From Gammaproteobacteria bacterium Ga0074134 (GTDB taxonomy: Bacteria; Pseudomonadota; Gammaproteobacteria; Ga0077554; Ga007554): DNA of 64,000 nucleotides. The translations under genes and the position numbers were made by a program. Positions 20,071-29,915 of the stretch are shown piece after piece. How positions within the stretch are numbered: position 1 is the first letter of the stretch; the number at the start of each line of letters is the position of its first letter. The notes beneath the pieces are model-generated. The model ran no database searches. It saw only the letters and a list, made by a program, of their open reading frames with translations, and was not told where the DNA came from. The stretch is taken from NCBI GenBank assembly GCA_001464965.1, contig LNEJ01000027.1, positions 17,003-81,002 of the forward strand, written 5' to 3'.

Positions 20071-21528
20071 ATGAGTGACAAAAAGAAGCTGACCACCAAT
20101 GCTGGCTGTCCAGTAGCTCATAATCAGAACGTAATGACAGCCGGGCCACGTGGCCCGCAATTGCTGCAGGATGTCTGGTTCCTGGAAAAACTCGCCCATT
20201 TTGATCGCGAAGTGATCCCCGAACGACGCATGCACGCCAAGGGATCCGGTGCCTATGGCACGTTTACCGTTACGCACGACATTACGCAGTACACGCGGGC
20301 TAAAATCTTTTCCCAGATTGGCAAGAAAACTGAGCTATTCGCGCGTTTCACCACGGTGGCCGGTGAGCGTGGCGCGGCCGATGCCGAGCGCGACATTCGC
20401 GGTTTTGCCGTCAAGTTTTACACCGAGGAAGGCAACTGGGATATGGTCGGTAACAATACCCCGGTATTCTTCCTGCGTGATCCGCTCAAGTTCCCCGACC
20501 TGAACCACGCAGTCAAGCGCGACCCGCGCACCAATATGCGCAGCGCGAAGAACAACTGGGATTTCTGGACGTCCCTGCCGGAAGCCCTGCACCAGATCAC
20601 CATTGTCATGAGTGACCGTGGCATTCCGGCGACTTACCGGCACATGCACGGCTTCGGCAGCCACACTTTCAGCTTCATCAACGCAAAGAACGAGCGGTAC
20701 TGGGTCAAATTCCACTTCAAGTCGCAACAGGGCATCAGGAACTTGACCGATGCGGAAGCCGAGGCGATCATCGGCAAGGACCGCGAGAGCCATCAGCGCG
20801 ACCTCTACGAGAGCATCGAAAAGGGTGACTGCCCGAAATGGACGCTGATGGTGCAGATCATGCCTGAAGCCGACGCCGCGAAGGTGCCCTATAACCCCTT
20901 CGACCTCACTAAGATCTGGCCACACAAAGACTATCCGCTGATCGAGGTGGGCGTAATGGCGCTGAACCGCAATCCTGAAAACTTCTTCGCCGAAGTCGAA
21001 CAGTCGGCTTTCAATCCCGCCAACATTATACCGGGCATTGGTTTCTCGCCGGACAAGATGTTGCAGGGGCGGCTCTTCGCCTACGGTGATGCGCAGCGCT
21101 ATCGGCTAGGCGTGAATCACCACCTCATCCCCGTCAATGCTGCGCGCTGCCCCGTGCACAACTACCACCGCGACGGCACGATGCGCACCGATGGCAACTT
21201 TGGCAGCACGCTCGGCTACGAGCCCAACGACCAAGGCGAATGGGCTGAACAGCCGGACTACAGCGAACCACCGCTGGCGCTCTCGGGTGCCGCCAACCAC
21301 TGGAACCACCGTGAAGACAGCGACTATTACTCACAACCCGGCGCGCTGTTCCGTTTGATGAGTCCTGCACAGCAGCAGGTGTTGTTTGACAATACCGCGC
21401 GTTCCATTGGTGGAGCGCCTCACGGCATCCAGATTCGGCATGTTGGCAACTGCCTCAAGGCCGATCCTGCTTATGGCGAAGGCGTAGCCAAAGCACTGGG
21501 TATTTTGTTGAGTGAAATTCCGAGATAA
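20071..21528 (+). CDS. katA: monofunctional haem catalase (small-subunit, clade 3 type)
   Basis: 485 aa with [18 protein letters not shown]-type motifs ([24 protein letters not shown]) and the distal His/Asn and proximal Tyr regions. Confidence 0.9.
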   Translation: MSDKKKLTTNAGCPVAHNQNVMTAGPRGPQLLQDVWFLEKLAHFDREVIPERRMHAKGSGAYGTFTVTHDITQYTRAKIFSQIGKKTELFARFTTVAGERGAADAERDIRGFAVKFYTEEGNWDMVGNNTPVFFLRDPLKFPDLNHAVKRDPRTNMRSAKNNWDFWTSLPEALHQITIVMSDRGIPATYRHMHGFGSHTFSFINAKNERYWVKFHFKSQQGIRNLTDAEAEAIIGKDRESHQRDLYESIEKGDCPKWTLMVQIMPEADAAKVPYNPFDLTKIWPHKDYPLIEVGVMALNRNPENFFAEVEQSAFNPANIIPGIGFSPDKMLQGRLFAYGDAQRYRLGVNHHLIPVNAARCPVHNYHRDGTMRTDGNFGSTLGYEPNDQGEWAEQPDYSEPPLALSGAANHWNHREDSDYYSQPGALFRLMSPAQQQVLFDNTARSIGGAPHGIQIRHVGNCLKADPAYGEGVAKALGILLSEIPR

Positions 21529-21544
21529 ACAGTGCCGGTTAATT

Positions 21545-21650
21545 TCACGGTTATGCACCGTTCAGCATGGGCAGATTTGGCTGGCCGATAAGGACTGTGC
21601 GGTGCAGGTAGACTTGATGATGTTAAGGAACCTCTGAATAATGCAGAGGT
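21545..21650 (+). pseudogene. duplicated fragment of the yaeQ 3' end
   Basis: Translates to ...CTVQDGQIWLADK..VQVD.MML, about 80% nt identity to 19598-19665. The remainder of the yaeQ tail (cccatttacg) resumes at about 21927 after the inserted repeats. Confidence 0.5.
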
Positions 21651-21775
21651 TCCTCGGTACATGGAGGTGCTGGCATTTTTCGATCACGGAAAGTGATTTT
21701 AAAATGAAGAAAAGAAAAAACACACTATGCTTTTCGTGCTCTGAGAATTCCAGGATGGAATGATTCAGAGCTTCC
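21626..21775. repeat. family 1 repeat, copy C (full)
   Basis: Perfect hairpin ggaacctctgaataatgcagaggttcc plus the aatgaagaaaag...ctctgagaattccaggatggaatgattcagagcttccttaat module. Confidence 0.6.
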
Positions 21776-21926
21776 TTAATCCTACTGTGTCACAAAGCTA
21801 TCAAGGGATTGCAGCGCAAGGCAAAGTCGGGCGAAAAAGCGGAGTTTACATGGAGTAAATGAGCACAAGAGTCCGATTTTAACGCCGTAATGCGCCCTTC
21901 AGCGCTTTGTGACACAGTAGGATTAA
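21776..21926. repeat. 151-bp MITE-like element with perfect 23-bp terminal inverted repeats (ttaatcctactgtgtcacaaagc / gctttgtgacacagtaggattaa)
   Basis: The TIRs were read directly. The element abuts family 1 copy C and splits the duplicated yaeQ tail. Confidence 0.55.
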
Positions 21927-21983
21927 AAAACCCGTGGTCCCATTTACGGCCCCCTTGCTTTGTTTGATAGACTTAAAAAATCC

Positions 21984-22913
21984 ATGACAAATATTATCGT
22001 TGCTGCCTTGTACAAATTTGCAAAACTGCCTGACTACCGGGACATGCAGCCGGGTATGCTCGATTTTTGCGTCGCACAAGGGCTGAAGGGAACCCTGCTG
22101 CTTGCTGCCGAAGGCATTAACGGCACCGTCGCAGGCACCCGTGCCGGGATTGATGCCCTGATTGCATTTCTGCGCGCGGATGCGCGGCTTGCGGACTTGG
22201 AGCACAAGGAATCTTATGCCGCTGAAATGCCTTTTTACAGGATGAAGGTTCGCCTGAAAAAGGAAATCGTCACGCTGGGTGTGCCGGGCGTCGATCCAAA
22301 CGAGAAGGTCGGTATCCGGGTGGCCCCGGAAGATTGGAATGCCCTGATCTCTGACCCTGATGTGGTACTGATTGATACACGAAATGGCTATGAATACGAT
22401 ATTGGCACTTTTCGCGGTGCGGTTGATCCCGATACTGATACATTCCGCGAATTTCCGGACTATGTCAGCAAAAACCTCGACCCCGTAAAACATAAAAAGG
22501 TCGCCATGTTTTGCACCGGCGGCATTCGCTGTGAAAAAGCCACATCCTTCATGCTGGAGCAGGGATTCGAAGAGGTCTATCACCTGCAAGGTGGTATTCT
22601 AAAATATCTGGAAAAGATCCCCGCTGAAAAAAGCCTGTGGGAAGGCGAATGTTTTGTGTTTGACCAGCGTGTGGCTGTCGGGCATGGTCTGGCATTGGGT
22701 GAATATGACCAATGCCATGCCTGCCGTTACCCCGTGTCTCCACAAGAAAAAGCCTCGCCAAAATACCAGGAGGGCATATCCTGTCCACACTGTTTCGACT
22801 CTCTGACGGAAGAGAAGCGCGTCAGCTCGGCGGAGCGGCAAAAACAAGTCGAGTTGGCGCTCAAGCGGGGCACGGCACACCTCGGTGCGCCGCAGAAAAA
22901 GCGAGGCGCTTAA
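21984..22913 (+). CDS. trhO: rhodanese-domain tRNA U34 hydroxylase TrhO (YceA family)
   Basis: [18 protein letters not shown]... with the rhodanese active-site CTGGIRCEK and a C-terminal Cys cluster. Confidence 0.8.
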   Translation: MTNIIVAALYKFAKLPDYRDMQPGMLDFCVAQGLKGTLLLAAEGINGTVAGTRAGIDALIAFLRADARLADLEHKESYAAEMPFYRMKVRLKKEIVTLGVPGVDPNEKVGIRVAPEDWNALISDPDVVLIDTRNGYEYDIGTFRGAVDPDTDTFREFPDYVSKNLDPVKHKKVAMFCTGGIRCEKATSFMLEQGFEEVYHLQGGILKYLEKIPAEKSLWEGECFVFDQRVAVGHGLALGEYDQCHACRYPVSPQEKASPKYQEGISCPHCFDSLTEEKRVSSAERQKQVELALKRGTAHLGAPQKKRGA

Positions 22914-22988
22914 TGAGGAAAAGCAAAAATCATATTTTTTGCTTTTCGTGCTCTGAGAATTCCAGGATGGAATTATTCAGAGCTTTCT
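22913..22988. repeat. family 1 repeat, copy D (module 2 only)
   Basis: aatgaggaaaagcaaaaatcatattttttgcttttcgtgctctgagaattccaggatggaattattcagagc begins at the trhO stop codon. Confidence 0.5.
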
Positions 22989-22991
22989 ATA

Positions 22992-24461
22992 TCAAGATGA
23001 GCAACTCACTGTAATGTGACGAGCCCATTCCGGCGGCGTTGCAGCATAATCCTCCATCCCCGGCTGTTCGCTAAAAGGATCTTGGAGCAATTTCAACAGT
23101 CGGTCTACTTCTGAAAAATCGCGCCCCTGTTCGGCCTTGTTGATGGCGGTCTGCGCCAAATGATTGCGTAGAATGTACTTTGGATTGACTTTGTCCATGC
23201 GTATTTTGCGTTCCTCATCCGAACCTTGTTCCCGTTGCAAGCGGGCGCGGTAAGATTCACTCCAGGCATCGAACGCTGTGCGGTCTATGAATTGGTCGCG
23301 CAACGCAGTGTTTTTCTCGCCGGGTGCCGAGTTGAAATTTCCTAAGCCGCGGAACAGGTTGGTGTAGTCGGCCTGGCTGGTGTGCATCATCTCCAAAAGC
23401 GTATTAATCAGTGTATCGTCTTCCTTGCTTGCGTGAGCCAAGCCCAGCTTCTGCCCCATCAATTCCGTATAATGTTTGGCGTATGCCGGGCCATAGTTTT
23501 GAAGTGCTGCTTCCGCATCTTCCATCGCAATGACCGGCGTCAATGCCTGTGCCAGGCAGGCGAGATTCCATAGGCCGATTTGTGGCTGTTGATTATAGGC
23601 GTAGCGCCCGGCAGGGTCGGAATGGTTACAGATATAACCGGGATCGTAATTTTCCATGAAGCCGAACGGGCCATAATCAAAGGTGAGCCCCAGGATAGAC
23701 ATGTTGTCGGTGTTCATGACGCCGTGGGAGAATCCCACGGCTTGCCATCGGGCCATCAGGGTTGCGGTGCGCGTTACGACTTCATCGAGAAAGCGCGAGT
23801 ATTTGTCCGGTGCGTCCATCAAGGGTGGGAAATGCTTGGCGATCACGTAATCGGCAAGCATCGCAAGGAGCTGGTTCTGTCCACGATAAAAAAATACTTC
23901 AAATGAACCAAAGCGTACGTGCGAAGGCGCGATGCGCGTAACCACCGCAGCAGTTTCAGCGGTCTCGCGGTAAACCCTGTGATCGCTGCCCACGATACAC
24001 AGGGCGCGTGTGGTAGGGATGCCCAGGCCATGCATGGCCTCCGAGCACAAATACTCACGGATGCTGGAGCGAAGCACGGCGCGGCCATCGCCATTTCGCG
24101 AGTACGGGGTACGCCCGGCGCCTTTGAGCTGGATATCCCAGTATTCCCCCGCGCTATTCTTTATTTCACCGAGCAATACGGCGCGCCCATCTCCCAGTTG
24201 CGGCACATAGTGGCCAAACTGATGTCCCGCATAGAGCATCGCCAGCGGCTCGCAACCGGGCAGCAAACGGTTGCCGCTGAAATATTCAGCGAAGTCAGCG
24301 CGCTGGGTTTCGGCGCTGTCCAGGTCAATCAACGGGGCGGCGTTCGTGTTGAAGCTAACCAGATAGGGATCAGGCAACGGGGTGGGGTGGAGGCGGCTGT
24401 GGAATATGTCCGGCAGGCGGGCAAACGTATTATCAAATCCAAGCTGTTCAAGTTTTCGCAT
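22992..24461 (-). CDS. selO: protein adenylyltransferase SelO (YdiU/UPF0061)
   Basis: 489 aa. N-terminus ...FARLPDIF..; AGHQFGHYVPQLGDGRAVLLGE; the kinase-like fold motifs of SelO. Confidence 0.85.
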   Translation of the reverse strand: MRKLEQLGFDNTFARLPDIFHSRLHPTPLPDPYLVSFNTNAAPLIDLDSAETQRADFAEYFSGNRLLPGCEPLAMLYAGHQFGHYVPQLGDGRAVLLGEIKNSAGEYWDIQLKGAGRTPYSRNGDGRAVLRSSIREYLCSEAMHGLGIPTTRALCIVGSDHRVYRETAETAAVVTRIAPSHVRFGSFEVFFYRGQNQLLAMLADYVIAKHFPPLMDAPDKYSRFLDEVVTRTATLMARWQAVGFSHGVMNTDNMSILGLTFDYGPFGFMENYDPGYICNHSDPAGRYAYNQQPQIGLWNLACLAQALTPVIAMEDAEAALQNYGPAYAKHYTELMGQKLGLAHASKEDDTLINTLLEMMHTSQADYTNLFRGLGNFNSAPGEKNTALRDQFIDRTAFDAWSESYRARLQREQGSDEERKIRMDKVNPKYILRNHLAQTAINKAEQGRDFSEVDRLLKLLQDPFSEQPGMEDYAATPPEWARHITVSCSS

Positions 24462-24548
24462 TGCGTAATTGTAACAGGAGAATTATTGGGTGTTTGCGGT
24501 GCTGATATATAATGCCCGGTAATCTTTAGATGAACTCGAATCGAGGAT

Positions 24549-24938
24549 ATGAATATGCCGACGAAGAAATCACAACCCAATAACGACAAGCTGGACCGGA
24601 TCGTAGCCGAGGCCCAGCGCAACAAGGCGCAGCGGGAGTTGGGCTATCGGGAACAATCACTCAAGCTCTACCCCTGGATATGCGGACGGTGCATGCGCGA
24701 GTTCACCCGGGAAAATCTTCGGGAGCTCACCGTCCATCACCGGGACCACAATCACGACAATAATCCGTCCGATGGGAGCAACTGGGAGTTGCTATGTATT
24801 TATTGCCATGACAATGAGCACTCACGGTACCTGGATGCCGCTGGGCAGGGCGCTGTGACGCCGGGCAGCCAGCAAGAGAGCTCGGCCCAATTCAAACCGT
24901 TTGCCGATCTCAAGGCGCTGTTGAAGGGTAAAGAGTAG
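24549..24938 (+). CDS. yajD: HNH nuclease YajD family
   Basis: LKLYPWICGRCMREF...LRELTVHHRDHNHDNNPSDGSNWELLCIYCHDNEHS matches E. coli YajD closely. Confidence 0.75.
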   Translation: MNMPTKKSQPNNDKLDRIVAEAQRNKAQRELGYREQSLKLYPWICGRCMREFTRENLRELTVHHRDHNHDNNPSDGSNWELLCIYCHDNEHSRYLDAAGQGAVTPGSQQESSAQFKPFADLKALLKGKE

Positions 24939-24967
24939 CTGTTTTAGAGTCTGTTTAAGAGTGTCAA

Positions 24968-25492
24968 TTATGCCACTCTGCCGTAGGGCAGGGAGGATGA
25001 CTGATCGCGGCCTGCAACCCTTTCTGTTTGGATCATCCGCAACATCTGCAAGGCTTCCCGTGCGCTGTGCGACACATTCATTGGGCTTCCGGAAACACCG
25101 GCAACATGACCGCTTGGGTCGATAATGAAGGTGGCATACTCGGCCATACCCTCTTCCCCGGAGAGCACCCCAAAGCAGCTGGCGAGCTGGCGCGTGGCAT
25201 CGCCGATGAGGGGGAAGCCGATTTTGCCTAGACCGTTGGTGGTCCAGGCACGATGCGCATAAACGCTGTCCACGCTTGCACCGAGCAATATCGCGCCACT
25301 TTCCGTGAATTGCCTGGCCAGGTCGTGGTAGGCGCGGATGTTCATAAGGCAGGTAAAGGTGAAATCCCACTGCCAGAAGAACAGCACCTTCCATCGGCTG
25401 CGATGTTCACCCAGATTGATTATGCGGTAGTCGCCATGAGGGGTAAGGGCTTCGACGTTGATGGCAGGGATGGTTTGTCCGATGGTTAGCAT
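24968..25492 (-). CDS. AhpC/TSA-family peroxiredoxin-like protein with an atypical active-site context
   Basis: Thioredoxin-fold pattern KVLFFWQWDFTFTC. The Cys is followed by LMN, not the canonical PTE. Confidence 0.55.
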   Translation of the reverse strand: MLTIGQTIPAINVEALTPHGDYRIINLGEHRSRWKVLFFWQWDFTFTCLMNIRAYHDLARQFTESGAILLGASVDSVYAHRAWTTNGLGKIGFPLIGDATRQLASCFGVLSGEEGMAEYATFIIDPSGHVAGVSGSPMNVSHSAREALQMLRMIQTERVAGRDQSSSLPYGRVA

Positions 25493-25563
25493 AGCCGTGT
25501 CTCCTTCGTGGCGGTTGGGGTTTGATTATTTTCAGCCATAAAAAATATTCTACCCGTTCAATT

Positions 25564-25582
25564 GATAATGATTATCATTTAC
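25564..25582. promoter_or_regulatory. Fur box candidate
   Basis: GATAATGATTATCATTTAC matches the consensus GATAATGATAATCATTATC at 16 of 19 positions. It lies in an AT-rich stretch upstream of the peroxiredoxin-like gene. Confidence 0.45.
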
Positions 25583-25769
25583 ATTTACGGGTATTGTCAA
25601 GCCGCCTGGATGGATTTTTCCGCTTTTGTCTCTCCGGATGGGGTGAATTAGCCGCGCAAACCCTGCTCGAATTTCTGTGCCCTCTGTCCTTGATCGGCCG
25701 AATTTGGCCTGACAGTCATCACCAGAAAACCCGCTAACTGTCAGATCAGATCTGAACTTCTACAAACTC

Positions 25770-26267
25770 TCAGCCCTTGGCCGCCGCCAGCAACTGCTCG
25801 CGGCTAAGTGTATAGGCGCGGGCAAACCCGCCGACATAGCGCGCCTCGTGCGGCACGAGGCGAAACAGTGTGAAATCGTCGAAGCTGAACAGAGGCTCGG
25901 CGCACGGCAGATGATCGAGATAAAGGGCACGACCGGCCTGATAGTCAGCGCTGCCGCGTGGCAGTTGGACGACCTTGCCCTGGATGCTCACTCGCGCCAG
26001 GGTCTGCGGGTCAGCTTGTCCGGTATCTGGTTCACCGATCACCAGTGACGCCTGCGGATCAGTCAATAAATTGCGTGTGTGCGGCGCCAGCCGGCTGAGG
26101 TGCAGCAAAAAACCGCTGAAACCGGGCTCGCTTGCATAGGCGACCATCGATGCAAAGGGTGCACTGGCATCCAGCGTGGCGAGCGCTGCCCAGCGCTGGC
26201 TACGGATCAGTTGTGTCAAGCGTATCTGTTCTTCATGTTTCATGGTGGTTCGCTCTGAAAACGTCAA
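25770..26267 (-). CDS. pyridoxamine-5'-phosphate-oxidase-like FMN-binding family protein (HugZ/HutZ-like, possible haem utilisation)
   Basis: RWAALATLDASAPFASMVAYA...LAPHTRNLLTDPQASLVIGEP is a PNPOx-like split-barrel signature. The start may be M at 26243. Confidence 0.5.
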   Translation of the reverse strand: MTFSERTTMKHEEQIRLTQLIRSQRWAALATLDASAPFASMVAYASEPGFSGFLLHLSRLAPHTRNLLTDPQASLVIGEPDTGQADPQTLARVSIQGKVVQLPRGSADYQAGRALYLDHLPCAEPLFSFDDFTLFRLVPHEARYVGGFARAYTLSREQLLAAAKG

Positions 26268-26477
26268 AATGGAAGGCGGTACACGCCGCTATACAAAACG
26301 AAATGGTGATACCGCTATTTTGAATGTTAAATGTCGACTCTGCCATGGTCAGAATGACATGGGTGGTAATGGCGGCCATAGCGGGTTCCATTGCCTGGGT
26401 ATTGCTTGCCATCTCTTCGCGATAGAGGGTGGCGCCCCGCATTGATGGTTTTTGCCTTTCCATGGACGCTGGATTAG

Positions 26478-27314
<837 letters not shown>

Positions 27315-27343
27315 TTGATGGCTCTAAGGCGGAAAGGTACGCG

Positions 27344-28825
27344 ATGAAGCAGGAAGGCGGCAATCAGCAGGATCTCGAACAGTGGCGCCAGAAGTATTAT
27401 GACTCTCTGGAAAAAATGGAGCAAAAGCAGCAACAGTGGGAAGATTTGGAAAAAACCCTGCGCCGCTGCATTTCCCGTCTGGCACTGGCGGCGGACGGCA
27501 TCCACCCCGAGATTGACATCCAGCTAGAGAGTCTACGCAAGGCGATCCGGGACGGTGTGGGTGCCGCGGGATTACAGGATCGTATCGAGGGGATATCGCA
27601 AGCGCTGCTCAAGCTGGATCAGCAGCCTGCGCCAAGGCCAGCACCCACGGAAACTGTGGCTGTGGAAGGCCGTACTGAAGCGGCGGCGCCGGGCTTTTTG
27701 GGTAAATTGCTGGGCGGGTTGTCCCCGAAGGGGGGCCGCGAGACGCCGGTGGTTATGGAAGCCGCTCAGCCACGAGGCATTCCTTCCGAAGTTCACGAAG
27801 CCCTCGCCCAGCTATTGGAGCGCCTGGCGCTACAGCCCGAGATGACCGAGCAGGTGGAGATGCTCAAACAGCAGCTTGGAGAGGATATTGAGCCGGGCGC
27901 GCTTTCATCGTCATTGCAGTCCATTGCGGCATTGGTGGCTGATGCCCTGGGAAAGATCCGTAGCGAAAAAAGCGATCTTGAAGCATTCCTGCTTCAGCTC
28001 ACCGAGCGTTTGCAGGAGATCGATCAGCGCTTGTCCGATAATGCGGTAACGCAGCAGGCATCGCAGCAAAGCCAGCACCGGCTGGATGTTGCGGTGCATG
28101 CCCAGGTCGATGGTATCGAGACTACCATGAAGGAGGTCTCCGATATTGGCCAGTTAAAGCAGGCGATTCAGCGGCGTCTGGATGGAATACGCGAGCACAT
28201 GGATTCCTTCCGCCAGGATGAAACGCAGCGGCAGATTGATTCAAAGCATCAAATTGACGTGTTGACCTCCCGTTTGCGCGGCATGGAGAAAGAGATCAGC
28301 CAACTGCACAGCCGGGTGCGCAAGGAGCAGCAAAATGCCTTGGAAGATGCCTTGACGGGCATTCCCAACCGGATGGCCTATGAGAAACGGGTCGCGGAAG
28401 AATATGCGCGCTGGAGGCGCTTCCATGCGCCGCTGTCGATGATCGTTATCGATATCGATCACTTCAAGCGTGTTAACGACCAGTACGGGCACCAGGCAGG
28501 GGACAAGGTGATCAGGGTCATTGCCCAGGAGTTACGCAAGCAACTGCGTGATGTGGATTTCATGGCTCGCTATGGCGGGGAGGAATTCGTTATTCTGTTG
28601 CCGGAGACCAATATTCAAAATGCCGGAATCGTGGCGGATAAACTTTGCGCCGGTGTGCGTGGCTGTGAATTCCAGCACGGCGGGTCACGTGTGCCCATTA
28701 CTGTGAGCGGTGGGGTCGCCCAGTTTGGAGGAGTCGACACGGTGGCCCAGGTATTCGAGCGCGCCGATGTGGCACTGTATCGCAGCAAACATAAGGGGAG
28801 AGATCAGTGGAGCGTCGAGGAGTAG
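27344..28825 (+). CDS. diguanylate cyclase (GGDEF) with a long N-terminal coiled-coil region
   Basis: The C-terminal GGDEF domain has RYGGEEF and an RxxD I-site-like motif. The about 320-aa N-terminus is Gln/Glu/Leu-rich with no TM segment. Confidence 0.8.
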   Translation: MKQEGGNQQDLEQWRQKYYDSLEKMEQKQQQWEDLEKTLRRCISRLALAADGIHPEIDIQLESLRKAIRDGVGAAGLQDRIEGISQALLKLDQQPAPRPAPTETVAVEGRTEAAAPGFLGKLLGGLSPKGGRETPVVMEAAQPRGIPSEVHEALAQLLERLALQPEMTEQVEMLKQQLGEDIEPGALSSSLQSIAALVADALGKIRSEKSDLEAFLLQLTERLQEIDQRLSDNAVTQQASQQSQHRLDVAVHAQVDGIETTMKEVSDIGQLKQAIQRRLDGIREHMDSFRQDETQRQIDSKHQIDVLTSRLRGMEKEISQLHSRVRKEQQNALEDALTGIPNRMAYEKRVAEEYARWRRFHAPLSMIVIDIDHFKRVNDQYGHQAGDKVIRVIAQELRKQLRDVDFMARYGGEEFVILLPETNIQNAGIVADKLCAGVRGCEFQHGGSRVPITVSGGVAQFGGVDTVAQVFERADVALYRSKHKGRDQWSVEE

Positions 28826-29238
28826 GGCGTGCCATCGTGCTGTGGTTATTTTCGGCTGTATTGTTGCTGGCCGGAGGACTGCACTCTGCGGTGGCCAGTG
28901 CGGATGGTCAGCACCCCTTCGCTTTTGCCTTTTTTGGCGATAACGCGGCCAAACCACAAGGCCTGGGTGTTGTTTCCGTCAACGATCTTCCTCCTGAAGC
29001 GCGCGAGACGCTGAATCTCATCCATCGGGGCGGGCCGTTCCCCTATGGCAAGGACGGCTCGATCTTCGGTAACCGGGAAAAACGCCTACCCTTGCGTGAG
29101 CGCGGTTACTACAAGGAGTATACCGTCAAGACGCCCGGCTCCCGCGACCGCGGCGCCCGGCGGATTATCGGTGGGATGGGCGGAGAACTCTATTATACTG
29201 ATGATCACTACAACACTTTCAGGCGGATCAAGGAGTAG
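28807..29238 (+). CDS. secreted guanyl-specific ribonuclease, RNase Sa / barnase (N1/T1) family
   Basis: Signal peptide, then LPPEARETLNLIHRGGPFPYGKDGSIFGNREKRLP...GYYKEYTVKTPGSRDRGARRII, which aligns almost residue-for-residue with RNase Sa. The start overlaps the GGDEF gene end by 19 nt. Confidence 0.8.
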   Translation: MERRGVGRAIVLWLFSAVLLLAGGLHSAVASADGQHPFAFAFFGDNAAKPQGLGVVSVNDLPPEARETLNLIHRGGPFPYGKDGSIFGNREKRLPLRERGYYKEYTVKTPGSRDRGARRIIGGMGGELYYTDDHYNTFRRIKE

Positions 29239-29241
29239 CGT

Positions 29242-29685
29242 ATGGATAGCCTGCCCTCATTTTTGCGTGATAGCGAAGCCGCCGGGATGTATTTGCTTGA
29301 TACGGCGATTACCGCGATGGAGTTTGAAAGCGAGGCCAGGAAGTGTGGCTTCGCTTTTTTTTATCTGGAAGGAGGGAGCATCCTCAGTAAGGAGCAATTT
29401 TTGGAGCAGATCGCCCGCGCCATGGATTTTCCCGGCTATTTCGGTGGCAACTGGGACGCACTGGAAGACTGTCTCACGGATCTATCCTGGCGTGAAGCAC
29501 CAGGTTATGTGATTCTATACGACCATTTTGATGTTTTTGCCGAGCAGTTTCCGGATCAGTTCGAGACCGCGCTGGAAATTCTGGATGCGTCCATAGAGTT
29601 CTGGCGCGCGCAAGGTAAGCCGCTGTTTGTCATGTTGCGCGGAAAGGGTGGGCCGGAGTGGGGGTTGAAGCTGCTTACCTTCTAA
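29242..29685 (+). CDS. barstar-family ribonuclease inhibitor
   Basis: Barstar motifs ...FGGNWDALEDCLTDL... The start codon is 3 nt after the RNase stop. Confidence 0.75.
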   Translation: MDSLPSFLRDSEAAGMYLLDTAITAMEFESEARKCGFAFFYLEGGSILSKEQFLEQIARAMDFPGYFGGNWDALEDCLTDLSWREAPGYVILYDHFDVFAEQFPDQFETALEILDASIEFWRAQGKPLFVMLRGKGGPEWGLKLLTF

Positions 29686-29687
29686 GA

Positions 29688-29800
29688 ACCCTGTTCACGA
29701 TCTCGCTGAAGGGTGCATCGCGGCGTTAAAAATAGCCTCAAAATGCTCACATACTCCGTGTATGCTGCGCTTTTTCGGCTATTTTTGCCTTAACGGAGTG
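29688..29800. repeat. family 2 repeat (left half: gaaccctgttcacgatctcgctgaagggtgcatcgcggcgttaaaa...ctcaaaatgctcacatactc...)
   Basis: Matches the left TIR and core of the full copy at 36866-37008. The right TIR is absent. Confidence 0.45.
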
Positions 29801-29915
29801 AATGCCATAGACAGCAAGGGGCTTGGTAAAGTAGAATTCTGCTGATTAATCATAGCAATTATTGCAGCGGTGGGAGGGGTTTTATCCCGGTCTCCTGCCG
29901 CTTCGCACGTCTGAT

